The notes under the pieces are model-generated. The model was given only the letters and a program-made list of their open reading frames with translations. It did not search any database and was not told where the DNA came from. Both the position numbers and the translations under genes were made by a program. From the NCBI GenBank assembly GCA_965225855.1, contig CBDDCK010000005.1, positions 288,001-352,000 of the forward strand: DNA of 64,000 nt. Direction: 5' to 3'. Source of the stretch: Spirochaetia bacterium. Its GTDB lineage: Bacteria > Spirochaetota > Spirochaetia > SP-2023. Below are positions 53,488 to 64,000 of the stretch, one piece after another (position 1 is the stretch's first letter; each line of letters starts with the position of its first letter).

Positions 53488-55137
53488 TTACTGTGTCTCA
53501 AGCGTTAATAAATTTAGCAAAGCCTCTAAGCCAATGGCCGAATGAATTACCTCAAGAAAACCAATCAAACGGGGGCCATCACTGCGACCAATTAAAAGCT
53601 GGTACACTTGCGGGAAAACTTGGGAACTTTCCAAACCAGCCTCTTTTAACAATTGATAAAAACCATTTCTAAGTTGCTTGCGATCGAATTCCCTAGCCCC
53701 AAATTGCTGCTGCAAATGAGCACACAATTTCGGTAAAAAATCCTTCATCTCTGGCGAAACAATGAAATGGGGAGGTAAAGGTTGTCTTTGTTTGTACAAT
53801 TGAAAACGGAATTCTTCCGGAGCATATTTTTGGACCCAATTCCAAGCACATGCAACCCAAGCCTCAAAACGTTGCAAACTATGCTCGGGCACAGGCATAC
53901 CTTCTTTTTTCAAAAACAAATGGACGGCATTAGAATCTCCATCATAAATTTGCAAAAGATTGCAAAGATGGCGCAAAGGCATGGCAAAAGGCCTCTGCTC
54001 TGCAGGCTTATCTACTTGCGAAAGCTCGTAGATACGTTTTAATTTTGCCTGTTTTTTCGCAGCTTTTCCCTCTTTTGCATCTTCATAAAAAGCTTGCTCA
54101 CAGCGCACAAAATCATCATAAATTTTCAAAACATCTAAATCAAAAGAAATAGCAAATTCAGTATTAGGCCGAGTACTAGCAAATAAAAAGCGAACCATTT
54201 CTGGAGGATAAATTTCCAACACATCATCTAAGCTTAAAACTTCACCCGAGGAAGAGGAGATTTTTCCGCTTAAGCCTTTGATACGCACAAAATCATATTG
54301 AAAAGTTATAGGGGCTGCATGACCATAAACTTTCTGGCAAATCTCTTGTGCAGTGGTAAAGCTTCCTCCTTCACTATGATGGTCTTTCCCTGCTGGTTCA
54401 AAATCTACTTTTTCGTAAGCCCAACGCATGGGCCAATCTATACGCCACGGCAGCTTGACTAAACCGGTAGCTCGCAAATCAATGAACTCATTGTGTTGGC
54501 AATGCTCACAGTGATAGCTTATTTGCCACTCACCATTCCAACTGGTACAAGTGGTCTCATCGCGATGGCAATTGCCGCAAAATAAACTCACGGGCCACCA
54601 ATTTTTGCTCAATGGTTCCTTGCGGTGTTTATTTAATTCTTCTTTAATAATTTCCTTATGCTCCAACGCTTTGCGGATTCCATTTGCATAAGTGGAAGTT
54701 TGGTATTGTTGGGCTTGGTAAATATATTCAGGCTCAATGCCTACTTTGGCTAAAGAATGCTCTAATTCTTTTTCGTTCGCTTCGGCATAAGAGGCTGCTC
54801 TACCTTTTACATCGGGAACATGGGTGATCGGTTGGCGCAAATATTCTTTTAGCCGTTCTTGCTGTGGCATGTTGGCAGGCACTTTGCGAAATACATCATA
54901 ATCGTCCCAAGAATAGACAAAACGAACGCTAGCCCCTATGTCCTTTAATGCTCGCAGAACAAGCTCTGTAGAAATAATCTCGCGAAAGTTGCCTATGTGA
55001 ACTGTCCCTGAAGGTGTAATGCCCGATGCACAGACAAACGGTTCTTCAGAGTCTTTCTTGCGTTCACGCACAATTTTCCTAGCATAAATATCAGCCCAGT
55101 GCTCGCTTGGGCCGCCTAATAGACTAAGATCAGCCAT
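53488..55137 (-). CDS. lysS: Lysyl-tRNA synthetase, class I
   Basis: HWAD, SGITPSGTVHIGNFRE, KLPWRIDWPMRW, GKISSS, GPRL. Confidence 0.97.
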   Translation of the reverse strand: MADLSLLGGPSEHWADIYARKIVRERKKDSEEPFVCASGITPSGTVHIGNFREIISTELVLRALKDIGASVRFVYSWDDYDVFRKVPANMPQQERLKEYLRQPITHVPDVKGRAASYAEANEKELEHSLAKVGIEPEYIYQAQQYQTSTYANGIRKALEHKEIIKEELNKHRKEPLSKNWWPVSLFCGNCHRDETTCTSWNGEWQISYHCEHCQHNEFIDLRATGLVKLPWRIDWPMRWAYEKVDFEPAGKDHHSEGGSFTTAQEICQKVYGHAAPITFQYDFVRIKGLSGKISSSSGEVLSLDDVLEIYPPEMVRFLFASTRPNTEFAISFDLDVLKIYDDFVRCEQAFYEDAKEGKAAKKQAKLKRIYELSQVDKPAEQRPFAMPLRHLCNLLQIYDGDSNAVHLFLKKEGMPVPEHSLQRFEAWVACAWNWVQKYAPEEFRFQLYKQRQPLPPHFIVSPEMKDFLPKLCAHLQQQFGAREFDRKQLRNGFYQLLKEAGLESSQVFPQVYQLLIGRSDGPRLIGFLEVIHSAIGLEALLNLLTLETQ

Positions 55138-55260
55138 GCTATACCCCTCTTTTTGAAAATAATAAGAACTCAGGCAATATATACAAAAATATTTTGTATC
55201 GCAATCAAAATTCCGTTATCTGTTTGAGAAATTGAAAGGGCTAGCCCCAATACAAATTCT

Positions 55261-55434
55261 CTACTCCGTGTAAATGCATTCTTCTGGGCAAACGCTAAGA
55301 CAAGCACCACAGTCAATACAAGAATTTGCATCTATATCATGGGCATCAAAATCTTCAGAAATTGCATCAGTTGGGCATTCGGAAATACAAAGCCCGCAAT
55401 TGATACAGGCTTCTGTTTCTATTCTGTAAGCCAT
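55261..55434 (-). CDS. 2[4Fe-4S] ferredoxin (57 aa; absent from the ORF track)
   Basis: MAYRIETEACINCGLCISECPTDAI...CIDCGACLSVCPEECIYTE; RBS GAGGAGG. Confidence 0.92.
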   Translation of the reverse strand: MAYRIETEACINCGLCISECPTDAISEDFDAHDIDANSCIDCGACLSVCPEECIYTE

Positions 55435-55545
55435 AAAACCTCCTCTAAATCCATTATCTTTCTATTGTATAAATCTTGCTTAAATTGACAACATGCTTAT
55501 GATGCATATAAATCTTTAAAGTCCGAATCAAGGAGGATATTTATT

Positions 55546-56545
55546 ATGTTGTTTCTATACAATACCGTAGTAAATAACGGGGGTAAGACTTAGCGTTGCA
55601 TTGCTTCTACTTGCAATGTTGGTTATTTCATGCGACCCCGATGTAAAGGAGGTAAAGGAAGATAAACCCAAATCCTCACTGCCATTAAATTCTATGGCAG
55701 ATATTACTACCGATAAAGATGCCAGCAGTACAGCATGGGGTTTTTCAAAATAAAAGCATCACCTTTACCACCCAAGCCCAATATCCTACTGATAACAAAA
55801 TAGATAATGCTCAATTTACTTGGGAATGGCGCAAACGCAGGTAAAGAGGTCACAAGCGACTTTGGCCGCACATGGAGCGAAATTGAAGGCGCAACAATCG
55901 CAACAGCCGAAATTAGCATACCACAAAGTGAAAGAGTGGGTGCTTATGAATTGCGGGTGCAGGCCACCTATGGTAGCAAAACTGTAAATAATTACAACAA
56001 GTTGTATCCATTTACCATGCGCAAAAGTGGCTGCCCAGCACCAGCCAATAGGCCCAAAACCGTTAAGGCGCTTAGAGCTTTGTTAATTTGGCAACAATAA
56101 CCAACCACTCGGTACTTAAACTGAATCCAATTATATAAAGGCTATAGATACTTCTTTGTTAAATAGACTTGGAGATTACACTTTAAAAGAAGATGGCTAT
56201 ATTGATTTCAAGAAAAGTCGTAATTTCGCACTTAATAACTATTTAGTCTCTGATAACGTTACCTTTAATGTAGATATTAGCTGCTGGGACGTTTCCAACG
56301 TTACGACTATGTAGCATATGTTTGTTTCAGCAGCTAAATTTAATAATGGTAGTAATGGTAATATTGCGAAATGGGACTCTTCTAAGGTTACGATTATGCA
56401 AGCAATGTTTACTGGATCTGCAGCTTTTAACCAAAACCTAAGTGATTGGGATACCTCGAAAGTTACTTCTTGTAATGAGATTTCCAATAGTTTTAATTTA
56501 TGGATTAATGCAAATCGCCCTAATTTTAAAGGTTGTACCCCTTAG
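55546..56545 (+). pseudogene. BspA/DUF285-type lipoprotein, fragmented
   Basis: AGGAGG + ATG, out-of-frame lipobox LVISC, later FNVDISCWDVSNVTTM* and FNQNLSDWDTSKV repeats with stops. Confidence 0.75.
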
Positions 56546-56566
56546 TAAATAAAGCGACTAAAGCGT

Positions 56567-56608
56567 AAGCCTTTTGCCAAAAGATAAATCATGGCAAAGG
56601 GCTTTTTT
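56567..56608 (+). terminator. Probable intrinsic terminator
   Basis: AAGCCTTTTGCCA...TGGCAAAGGGCTTTTTT. Confidence 0.6.
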
Positions 56609-56795
56609 AGTATAAAACCAATTCCTCAACCGTTTTGTTTAAATTCTAGTAGCCAATTTTACAAAATTCTTACACTACCTTTAGTTCGATATTCGCACTA
56701 TAGCTATCGAAAGGTTCGATCTAGCGTTAGTTTGAGGTTGGTACTAGTCTTTCCTACAACCTTTCGATAGGCTTAGCCATAAATTAGCACTAGGA

Positions 56796-56839
56796 AACAA
56801 AAGGGCCACTACCCATTGCAGAAGTGGCTCTTTTGTTTC
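56796..56839 (-). terminator. Probable terminator of tal
   Basis: AAACAAAAGGGCCACT...AGTGGCTCTTTTGTTT inverted repeat just past the stop codon. Confidence 0.7.
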
Positions 56840-56853
56840 CTAAATGCTAGCAA

Positions 56854-57789
56854 TTACAGTTTGGCGGCAATCATATCCTTTAATTTGAGCAAGTCTTGGT
56901 TAAACAAGCGGATACCTTCGGCCAACTTTTCACTAGCCATGGCATCTTCATTGTGCAACCACAAAAAGTCCTTTTCTTCTAAGTGCAACTTCTTATCATC
57001 AGACTTTTGATTGCTCTTCAATTTTGCAGGTAGCTCACCATCTTTGGCTTTTAATTCAGCCAGCAAAGTGGGAGAAATGGTGAGCCTATCACAACCGCAC
57101 AGCTCTTCAATTTCGCCAATATTGCGAAACGATGCACCCATTACAATGGTCTTGTAACCATAAGTTTTGTAATAGCGGTAAATGCGTTGCACCGAGAGTA
57201 CGCCTGGGTCTTCTTGCGGCTCAAAAGTACGGCCTTCGGCCTTTTTGTACCAATCCATAATGCGGCCTACAAAAGGGGAAATCAGCGTAACCCCAGCTTC
57301 AGCACAGGCAATGGCTTGGGCAAAAGAAAACAACAAAGTCAAATTACAATGAATGCCATCTTTTTCCAAAATAGCTGCAGCTTGGATACCGGCCCAAGTG
57401 GAAGCCATTTTTATCAGAATGCGAGCACGGCTGTAACCCAATTCTTCATACCAACTGATTATTTGGCGGGCAGCGGCAACAGAAGCATCACAGTCAAAAG
57501 ATAAAGAGGCATCGACCTCGGTAGAAACATAGCCGGGAATGATCTCCAATAGTTTAGAACCAAAGATGACCCCAAGGCGTTGGCAAACCAGACTAACATT
57601 GCAGTTTTGCTCTTTACCCCACGCTATCGCCTCATCAAATAACGCTTGATATTGCGGCATGGAAGCCGCCTTGAGAATCAAGGACGGATTGGTGGTGCAG
57701 TCTTGGGGTTTAAACTCTTTAATACTGGCAATATCGCCAGAATCAGCAACAACAACTGTGTGCTGTTTTAGGCTATCTAAACAAGACAT
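56854..57789 (-). CDS. tal: Transaldolase (large TalB type)
   Basis: [41 protein letters not shown]. Confidence 0.96.
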   Translation of the reverse strand: MSCLDSLKQHTVVVADSGDIASIKEFKPQDCTTNPSLILKAASMPQYQALFDEAIAWGKEQNCNVSLVCQRLGVIFGSKLLEIIPGYVSTEVDASLSFDCDASVAAARQIISWYEELGYSRARILIKMASTWAGIQAAAILEKDGIHCNLTLLFSFAQAIACAEAGVTLISPFVGRIMDWYKKAEGRTFEPQEDPGVLSVQRIYRYYKTYGYKTIVMGASFRNIGEIEELCGCDRLTISPTLLAELKAKDGELPAKLKSNQKSDDKKLHLEEKDFLWLHNEDAMASEKLAEGIRLFNQDLLKLKDMIAAKL

Positions 57790-57894
57790 AAAACTCTCCT
57801 ATATATGTTGATTGAAATTTGCGAGTTATCATAGCATAAGCTTGTAATTTGAATAACTAGCTCTAGCGGTTTTGCTCTATTTTTTAGGCGGCTT

Positions 57895-60708
57895 TTACAA
57901 ATATTTGTTAGCCCATAATTGCAATATTTGCAAAGCAAACACCTCATTCAGGTGTTCTAAATTAGGGCCATGCTCTTTAGTTAGAGCCATTAAATCCTCA
58001 AATAATAAATCGGGCTCACTAAACAATAGGCTAGCAGATTGGGCTTGTTGCGATCGTCCCACTTCATAACCCCTTTGTTTATCCTCTGGCTTACTCTGTT
58101 GCTCGGATTCTCTAGTCAAAATTATTTGTGTTTGAGCATTTGCTAAAGCCGCTTGTGGGCTTTTAAGCTCTGTAGATTCTGTAGGATAGGCTCCTCTTAG
58201 TATAATTTCTTCAGCCCGCTTGGTAACCGCAGCCGGTATGCCCGCTAACGCAGCCACATGGATACCGTAAGAACTGGCAATCGCCCCTTCTTGCACATGC
58301 TTTAAAAAGCGGATTTTCTCACCATTATCATCTACTGCCAAGCACAGCAGTTGTAAATGTTGTTCTGAAAGCCTCGTAAGTTCATGGTAATGAGTAGCAA
58401 ATAACGTCATACACTGGATAGTATGCAAAATGTACTCACTAATACTTTGGGCAATGGCCAAGCCATCGCGTGTACTGGTGCCCCGGCCCACTTCGTCCAT
58501 AATCACCAAACTATAGCGGCTAGCTTCATGGAGAATACGGGCTGTTTCCTGCATTTCCACCATAAAAGTAGACTCACCACGAGAAAGATTATCGGAAGCC
58601 CCCACGCGGCAAAAAATGCGGTCAACAATCGGTATACAAGCCTTCCTTGCGGGAACATAGCAGCCTATCTGGGCCATCAACACGATCAAGGCATTTTGGC
58701 GCAGATAAGTGGACTTTCCTGCCATGTTGGGCCCAGTAATCAAGGCAAAAAAACGCTTTCTGTCTAAAACTAAATGGTTGGGCACAAAATCATAATCTTG
58801 CAAGTAGTGCTCTACTACAGGGTGGCGGCCCGCTTCAATGGAAAGTGAAGAACCTTGTTCCAGTAATTCTGGCAGCACATAATTATAGCGTTCTGCAATC
58901 TCGGCAAAATTAGCCAGCACATCGAGTTCGGCCAGCCCTTTTGACAAACGCAGTACTAAAGATGTTTCGGGCAAAATCGACTCTCGCAAAGCCTCAAATA
59001 GCTGACGTTCCAGTTGCACTATTTGTTCATCTGCACTATTTAACTTAGCTTCCAATTCTGCCAGCTCTTCTGTGCTATACCGCTCATTATTCACTAACGA
59101 TTGGCGGCGGATAAAGTGCTGTGGCAATTGAATCTGTGCGGCTTGGGCTTTGGTGATCTCAAAATAGTAACCAATAATTCGGTTATACTTTAGCTTTAAT
59201 TTAACAGTGCGGATTTGGGCTTGTTCCTTAGCAACATAAGCATCAAGAACTTCTCGGCGGTTGCCTAACATCGCGCGCAGCTCATCTAATTCTTGCGAAT
59301 AGCCGTCTGCAATCATACCGCCTTCATGCAATAGCACAGGGGGCGTTTCGGTAATACTGCGTTGAAGCAAATTGGTTAACTGGGCCACACTGTTTTTTTG
59401 TTTATCGTTTACAAATAAGCTTTGCAATAGCTGAGCATTTTCGCTTTGTCCTACTTTGGTATAAATTTGCTGATACAATGCTAGCGATTGGCGTAAAGCC
59501 ACCAAATCACGAGCGTTGGCCTTAGCGGTAGAAATACGGCTCATTACTCGTTCTAAGTCGCTAAGCTGGGACAGCATTTCACGTATATCGCTGCGCAATA
59601 GAGTATCGCTTAGCAAAACAGCAACTTTTTGGTAGCGTTGTTCTAGCTGTGTTTTATCCAACAAAGGTTGGCGCAGCCAGCGGTGCAAACAGCGCGAGCC
59701 TATAGAGCTTTGGCATCGGTGCAACACTTGGAACAAACTGTAATTCTGGCTACCATCTTGCATGTTTTGGAAAATTTCCAAATTGCGCAAGGCCGCTGAA
59801 TCGAGCTGCAATTGTTCTTTGCGCTGCAATGGCAGCAACCGTTGCACATGGCCCAAGACATGGCTAAAGACCTGCTGCTGGTTTTGATGCAAATATTCAA
59901 GCACAACCCAAGCCGCACCAAAAGCTGCGCCATAAACAGAATTAGTAGATTTTGCTCCTGTAGTATGTTTTACTCTTGCCTTGTTGGGAGCTTTGACTGC
60001 CTGCTCTTCAAAGCCAAAACCTTTTAAGCTTTGAACGCCAAAAAATTCCAGTAACTTGCGCTCTGCACTCTCGGGATTAAAGCACCAGAAAGGAATGCGG
60101 TTGCAGAGTCGAGCTGTATTGCCGTGGCTATTCCCTTGATTCCAAAACTCATGACTAAACTCATCGTGCAATTCTTCCATCAATAGCAATTCGCGAGAAT
60201 GGGCTAGCAATAATTCACGCTGTAATATTTCGCTACGCAATTCTATACTAGGAGCATAAAAGCTGCCGGCAATAAATTCACCTGTAGAAAAGTCGAGCAA
60301 AGCCATTCCTAGATTTTGGCCTAAATTGCAAAAAGCCTGTAAGTAATTATTGGCACCCCTGTCGAGAAATTCTTCCTGCAGCACCGTCCCGGGGGAAACA
60401 ATTTCCACAACTTCGCGTTTACTGATACCACGACCCGCTTTTTGTGGCAATTCGGTTTGTTCACAAATGGCAATGCGTTTACCACATTGGAGCAGACGCG
60501 GCAAATAATTTTGCAAAGCATGGTAGGGGATACCTGCCATGGGAATACCTTGCCGCTTAGTTAGGTTCAGATTGAGCAGCTGGCTAATTTCTTCTGCATC
60601 GCTAAAAAACATTTCATAAAAATCACCCATGCGAAATAGCAGTACCGAATTTTGGTGCTCTGCTTTGATTTCTTTGTATTGCTTAATCATGGGTGTATCA
60701 TTGTCCAC
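57895..60708 (-). CDS. mutS: DNA mismatch repair protein MutS
   Basis: TPMIKQY, GDFYEMF, TGPNMAGKST, STFMVE, DEVGRGT, FATHYHEL. Confidence 0.97.
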   Translation of the reverse strand: MDNDTPMIKQYKEIKAEHQNSVLLFRMGDFYEMFFSDAEEISQLLNLNLTKRQGIPMAGIPYHALQNYLPRLLQCGKRIAICEQTELPQKAGRGISKREVVEIVSPGTVLQEEFLDRGANNYLQAFCNLGQNLGMALLDFSTGEFIAGSFYAPSIELRSEILQRELLLAHSRELLLMEELHDEFSHEFWNQGNSHGNTARLCNRIPFWCFNPESAERKLLEFFGVQSLKGFGFEEQAVKAPNKARVKHTTGAKSTNSVYGAAFGAAWVVLEYLHQNQQQVFSHVLGHVQRLLPLQRKEQLQLDSAALRNLEIFQNMQDGSQNYSLFQVLHRCQSSIGSRCLHRWLRQPLLDKTQLEQRYQKVAVLLSDTLLRSDIREMLSQLSDLERVMSRISTAKANARDLVALRQSLALYQQIYTKVGQSENAQLLQSLFVNDKQKNSVAQLTNLLQRSITETPPVLLHEGGMIADGYSQELDELRAMLGNRREVLDAYVAKEQAQIRTVKLKLKYNRIIGYYFEITKAQAAQIQLPQHFIRRQSLVNNERYSTEELAELEAKLNSADEQIVQLERQLFEALRESILPETSLVLRLSKGLAELDVLANFAEIAERYNYVLPELLEQGSSLSIEAGRHPVVEHYLQDYDFVPNHLVLDRKRFFALITGPNMAGKSTYLRQNALIVLMAQIGCYVPARKACIPIVDRIFCRVGASDNLSRGESTFMVEMQETARILHEASRYSLVIMDEVGRGTSTRDGLAIAQSISEYILHTIQCMTLFATHYHELTRLSEQHLQLLCLAVDDNGEKIRFLKHVQEGAIASSYGIHVAALAGIPAAVTKRAEEIILRGAYPTESTELKSPQAALANAQTQIILTRESEQQSKPEDKQRGYEVGRSQQAQSASLLFSEPDLLFEDLMALTKEHGPNLEHLNEVFALQILQLWANKYL

Positions 60709-60745
60709 CGTATGCTTACCCTCTTATTTGGCTTTTGACTAGCTC

Positions 60746-61765
60746 CTAGCAAATTTCATAACTCTCATATTGCCATTCACCCAAACGCTGTACTTCGGCT
60801 TCTAGGGTAAATCCTGTGCGCCGGTAAACTTCTGTGCAAATGGCGCAGGCCAATTGCCAAATTTCACTAGCGCGGGCTTGGTTGCAATTGACGATAATAT
60901 TGCCATGCCATGGGGCTAATTGAGCTTTGCCACAACGCCTGCCTTTTAGCCCTAGCCCATCAATAATTTTGCCTGTGGGTGCACCAAAATTTCGATTGTT
61001 TTTAAAAAATGAACCGGCGCAAGGTAGGCGAAAATGGCCTTTGACAATGCGGTCTTCTAAAAAATTTTGCATCTCACATTCCAAGCTAGCTTGTGGCTGC
61101 TCACGCAAACCAAACTCTACTGCTACAATCAAAGCCCCCGCTAATTTATGGCCAGATTTCTGTTGAAAATGAGAATATTTATAATTCCAATCAGAAGGCC
61201 CTAGTTCAACCCAATGCAAGTCGGAACAACGATAAACATTCCCCCGCTCATTTAGTGCTGAATGGTTTAAAGGTAAATTGTGCAAAGCAGGCGGAATGCA
61301 TAGCACCCGTTGGACAATTTCAGCCATTTCCCCTTCGTAACAACGGGCATTCATATACACCGCACCTCCGAGGCTGCCTGGCATACCGTAAAAATAGTGG
61401 AGCCCCGCAGCGTTCTGTTTGGCACTATATCTACAGATTTCAGACATATCCCAGCCAGCTTCAGCCCTTAATCGGCCCGATTGCCATTCAATGCCCTTTA
61501 AATAACGCAAGCTCAACACAACACCCTTAACGCCCTCATCGGCAACCAAAATATTGGCACCGCCTCCCAAAATATGTAGCGGAATATTTTGGCGTTCGGA
61601 GCACTTGAGCATCACAAATAATTCTTCGCGATTGCGCGGTAGCAATAATAGCTGGGCATTACCACCAGCTGCAAATGCGGTAAAAGGAGCTAGAGATATA
61701 TCACAAAAGACCAAGCAGCCCAACTGCTCTAAAGATTGGCCAAATTCGATAAGTTTCGCAGACAT
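60746..61765 (-). CDS. murB: UDP-N-acetylenolpyruvoylglucosamine reductase
   Basis: LGGGAN, PGSLGGAVYMNA, AGSFFKN, HGN, LEAEV. Confidence 0.93.
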   Translation of the reverse strand: MSAKLIEFGQSLEQLGCLVFCDISLAPFTAFAAGGNAQLLLLPRNREELFVMLKCSERQNIPLHILGGGANILVADEGVKGVVLSLRYLKGIEWQSGRLRAEAGWDMSEICRYSAKQNAAGLHYFYGMPGSLGGAVYMNARCYEGEMAEIVQRVLCIPPALHNLPLNHSALNERGNVYRCSDLHWVELGPSDWNYKYSHFQQKSGHKLAGALIVAVEFGLREQPQASLECEMQNFLEDRIVKGHFRLPCAGSFFKNNRNFGAPTGKIIDGLGLKGRRCGKAQLAPWHGNIIVNCNQARASEIWQLACAICTEVYRRTGFTLEAEVQRLGEWQYESYEIC

Positions 61766-61956
61766 ATATCAATATCCAATAACCAAATAACTATGCAGGC
61801 AATAAAAAAGATACCCGATCTATCACTCAAAAAAGCAATAGTCTAGCATACAGCAATGATAACTATTGTGCTGAATGGGTAATAAGGTATCTTTAAATGG
61901 TTTACTAAATTTATTTGGAGTTTACAATACACCACTAATTTTATATAATATAAAAA

Positions 61957-62178
61957 TTAGCGATTGTAATTTTGTTTCCTCGCTTCAAGGCGTTCTTTAC
62001 GCATTTGCCTGCGAATCAATGCCTTGCGTTTGCGACTACGGATTAACGAAGGTTTTTCAAAATATTCATGCCTTCTCCATTCGCGAATGATACCTTCTTT
62101 CTCAATCAGCCTTTTAAAACGTTTGATTGCTTTTTCCAATGGTTCATCTGGTACAACTTTTACTATTGCTATATTCAT
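61957..62178 (-). CDS. rpsU: 30S ribosomal protein S21
   Basis: [21 protein letters not shown]...EYFEKPS; RBS AAGGAGG. Confidence 0.95.
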   Translation of the reverse strand: MNIAIVKVVPDEPLEKAIKRFKRLIEKEGIIREWRRHEYFEKPSLIRSRKRKALIRRQMRKERLEARKQNYNR

Positions 62179-62289
62179 CACCTCCTTTAGCTTCATTTGT
62201 AAGGATTTATTTTATGTAAAGCTATGTTTATGCTAGTGGTCTTGCTTTCATATTTACAAATTTCACCAGCTGTTCCCACTAAACGCGGG

Positions 62290-63288
62290 CTACTGCTCGG
62301 CTATCATAGAAACAATTTGATTTGTGTCAATTAAAGGGTTATCAAAATACAAGCTAGGGTCTACCCGCTGGGACGAAACCCAAAGTTCTGTATGCAAATG
62401 ATTACCGTTTGCAAAACCTGTTTTTCCAACTTCGCCAATTAAATGGCCTTTTTTAATAATAGCTCCTTCTCGAACGTTCATGGTGCTTAAATGTTGATAT
62501 TTAAGGTAAACCCCAGGCAATAAAGAAATCATAACAGTTTTGCCCGTAACAATTCTATCTTCAGCCATTACCACCAAGCCATTGCCTGAAGCCATAACTT
62601 TAACCCCCTCGGGCGCAGCCAAATCGTAACCTTTGTGAATACTGTTGACAACTTTGCCATTGGGATAGACGTATTTGCGCACATAGCCATAGGGGGCAGA
62701 GGTCCAACCTTTACCTGTTTTAAGGGGCCGTATCAAAGAGCCACTGTAGTATAAGTCTTCAGAGTTTTTGCGTTTCAGTATCGCCCACAACCGGTTGGAC
62801 TGGGTTCGTTGCTTGGCTATTAATTCGGGAGCTTTGGGGTTGAGAATATCATTCATTTTTTGGCTCAATTTAATGGTCTGCCCGGGATATTCGTGCTTTT
62901 GGATATAAATCGGGCGTTCCAATAATTGGCTGCGAGAACTTCCTTTGGCCAAAGTGGCACGAAGCATATAGTTACCAGATTTTTGAGTAGAAATAATTCC
63001 CAATAAGCCAATATAGGCCCAATCTTTCATGCGCCCGTCTAGCTGTTTGGCCAAGATACCGCGCTCATAGTTGAGCAAAAAGCCATTACTTTGAGCAACA
63101 ACTTTGCCTTTGGCATTGAGCAAGGCAAATTCCACGTTTTCTAAATTGTTGACCGGATAAATAAAAGATTGTAGGATTTGGCCCTGTTTCACACGGTCAG
63201 GAGCGTATAATTGTTGGGACTGTAATTGTAAGGCTGGCAAAATCAAGCCTATTGTCAATAATACAAACCATACCTTCCTATTATTCAT
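62290..63288 (-). CDS. M23 family metallopeptidase
   Basis: HKGYD (HxxxD), YQHL, HLH motifs; signal peptide. Confidence 0.9.
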   Translation of the reverse strand: MNNRKVWFVLLTIGLILPALQLQSQQLYAPDRVKQGQILQSFIYPVNNLENVEFALLNAKGKVVAQSNGFLLNYERGILAKQLDGRMKDWAYIGLLGIISTQKSGNYMLRATLAKGSSRSQLLERPIYIQKHEYPGQTIKLSQKMNDILNPKAPELIAKQRTQSNRLWAILKRKNSEDLYYSGSLIRPLKTGKGWTSAPYGYVRKYVYPNGKVVNSIHKGYDLAAPEGVKVMASGNGLVVMAEDRIVTGKTVMISLLPGVYLKYQHLSTMNVREGAIIKKGHLIGEVGKTGFANGNHLHTELWVSSQRVDPSLYFDNPLIDTNQIVSMIAEQ

Positions 63289-63333
63289 TAAAAACGATCC
63301 CCCTCAATTGTAACAGCAAAATGTAAATTCTTT

Positions 63334-64000
63334 TTATGTTGCATGCTGCCGTATATCCACTATTTCCAGCTGAAATTTCATTTGGCCTTGGTAGTAATTG
63401 GCTTTAATGCGGTAGAGAATATCGACTATATCCCCTTTTGTAAAATCTTTTGTATGCCTTTCTGCTGAATTCCAGAAAACAGCAAAAAGGTTTTGTTCTT
63501 CATTTTGCTCTGCTGATGATTTATTGAGTATAAGGCGCAGATGCCCAGCATCGCTGCGTCCAATAGGTTGAACATCTTCGAGCAGTAAGCCTTTACTAAA
63601 CAGCAGGAGCTCTGGCCATGTTATGCCATAAGGAGCTAACGGTTGCCATAGCCGCTGCAATAGAGATGGGCCCAAGATTGCCAAAGGGATTTCGGCATCA
63701 ATATCATAAGTTTCTTCGCTTCTATGCACTTCCGTTAAAGGGAGTAATTTGAGTAATTCTGGCCATAATTGTTCTTGTTTTTCAGGATGGAGCCAAAAAC
63801 CGCCAGCAGCTTGGTGCCCACCATAATTGCCGTCAAACAATCCCAATTCGGCAAGGGACTCCATTAAAGACAGTACCGATTGCTCGCCGTTAGAACGTAT
63901 AGAGCCAGACCAAGTACCATTGTTTTCGCATAGGACAATTGCGAGAATACCTTTGTATTGCTGGCTTAAACGGGCGGCAATAATGCCGGTAATCCCTCGC
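63334..64000 (-). CDS. recJ: ssDNA exonuclease RecJ, C-terminal part (5' end beyond the window)
   Basis: GITGIIAARL, GSIRS, GGHQAAGGF (DHHA1), LAPYG..WPE, OB-fold tail. Confidence 0.88.
   Translation of the reverse strand, partial: RGITGIIAARLSQQYKGILAIVLCENNGTWSGSIRSNGEQSVLSLMESLAELGLFDGNYGGHQAAGGFWLHPEKQEQLWPELLKLLPLTEVHRSEETYDIDAEIPLAILGPSLLQRLWQPLAPYGITWPELLLFSKGLLLEDVQPIGRSDAGHLRLILNKSSAEQNEEQNLFAVFWNSAERHTKDFTKGDIVDILYRIKANYYQGQMKFQLEIVDIRQHAT

Noticed and set aside
53488..55137. Class I LysRS as a novelty
   Set aside because: Well established in spirochaetes such as Borrelia and Treponema.

Overview
A 64-kb window of a spirochaete chromosome. The assignment rests on the 16S signature GCAGCTAAGAATCTTCCGCAAT, a class I LysRS and an unlinked 16S gene; the many decaying genes suggest a host-associated organism. 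The window starts in the 3' end of a 23S-5S locus and has a solitary 16S gene about 39 kb downstream. Housekeeping genes include dusA, mfd, tgt, accBCD, hisHAF, birA, lysS, tal, mutS, murB, rpsU and recJ. It also holds a sugar ABC + PLP lyase + GH20 operon and several pseudogenes. The most striking structure is a dispersed three-member family of ~2.2-kb modular lipoprotein genes (2017-4215 +, 25003-27216 -, 43292-45394 -). Each encodes five domains of two types. The copies are mosaics of one another, show nonsynonymous hypervariation at fixed positions, and share a leader with a length-variable poly-C tract next to a -35-like box and a trailer repeat. Together this suggests a surface-antigen or adhesin diversification system. 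A second unusual feature is a ~570-bp one-gene islet bounded by a duplicated 3' end of the 5S rRNA gene. All calls come from reading the sequence and recalling motifs; no searches were run.
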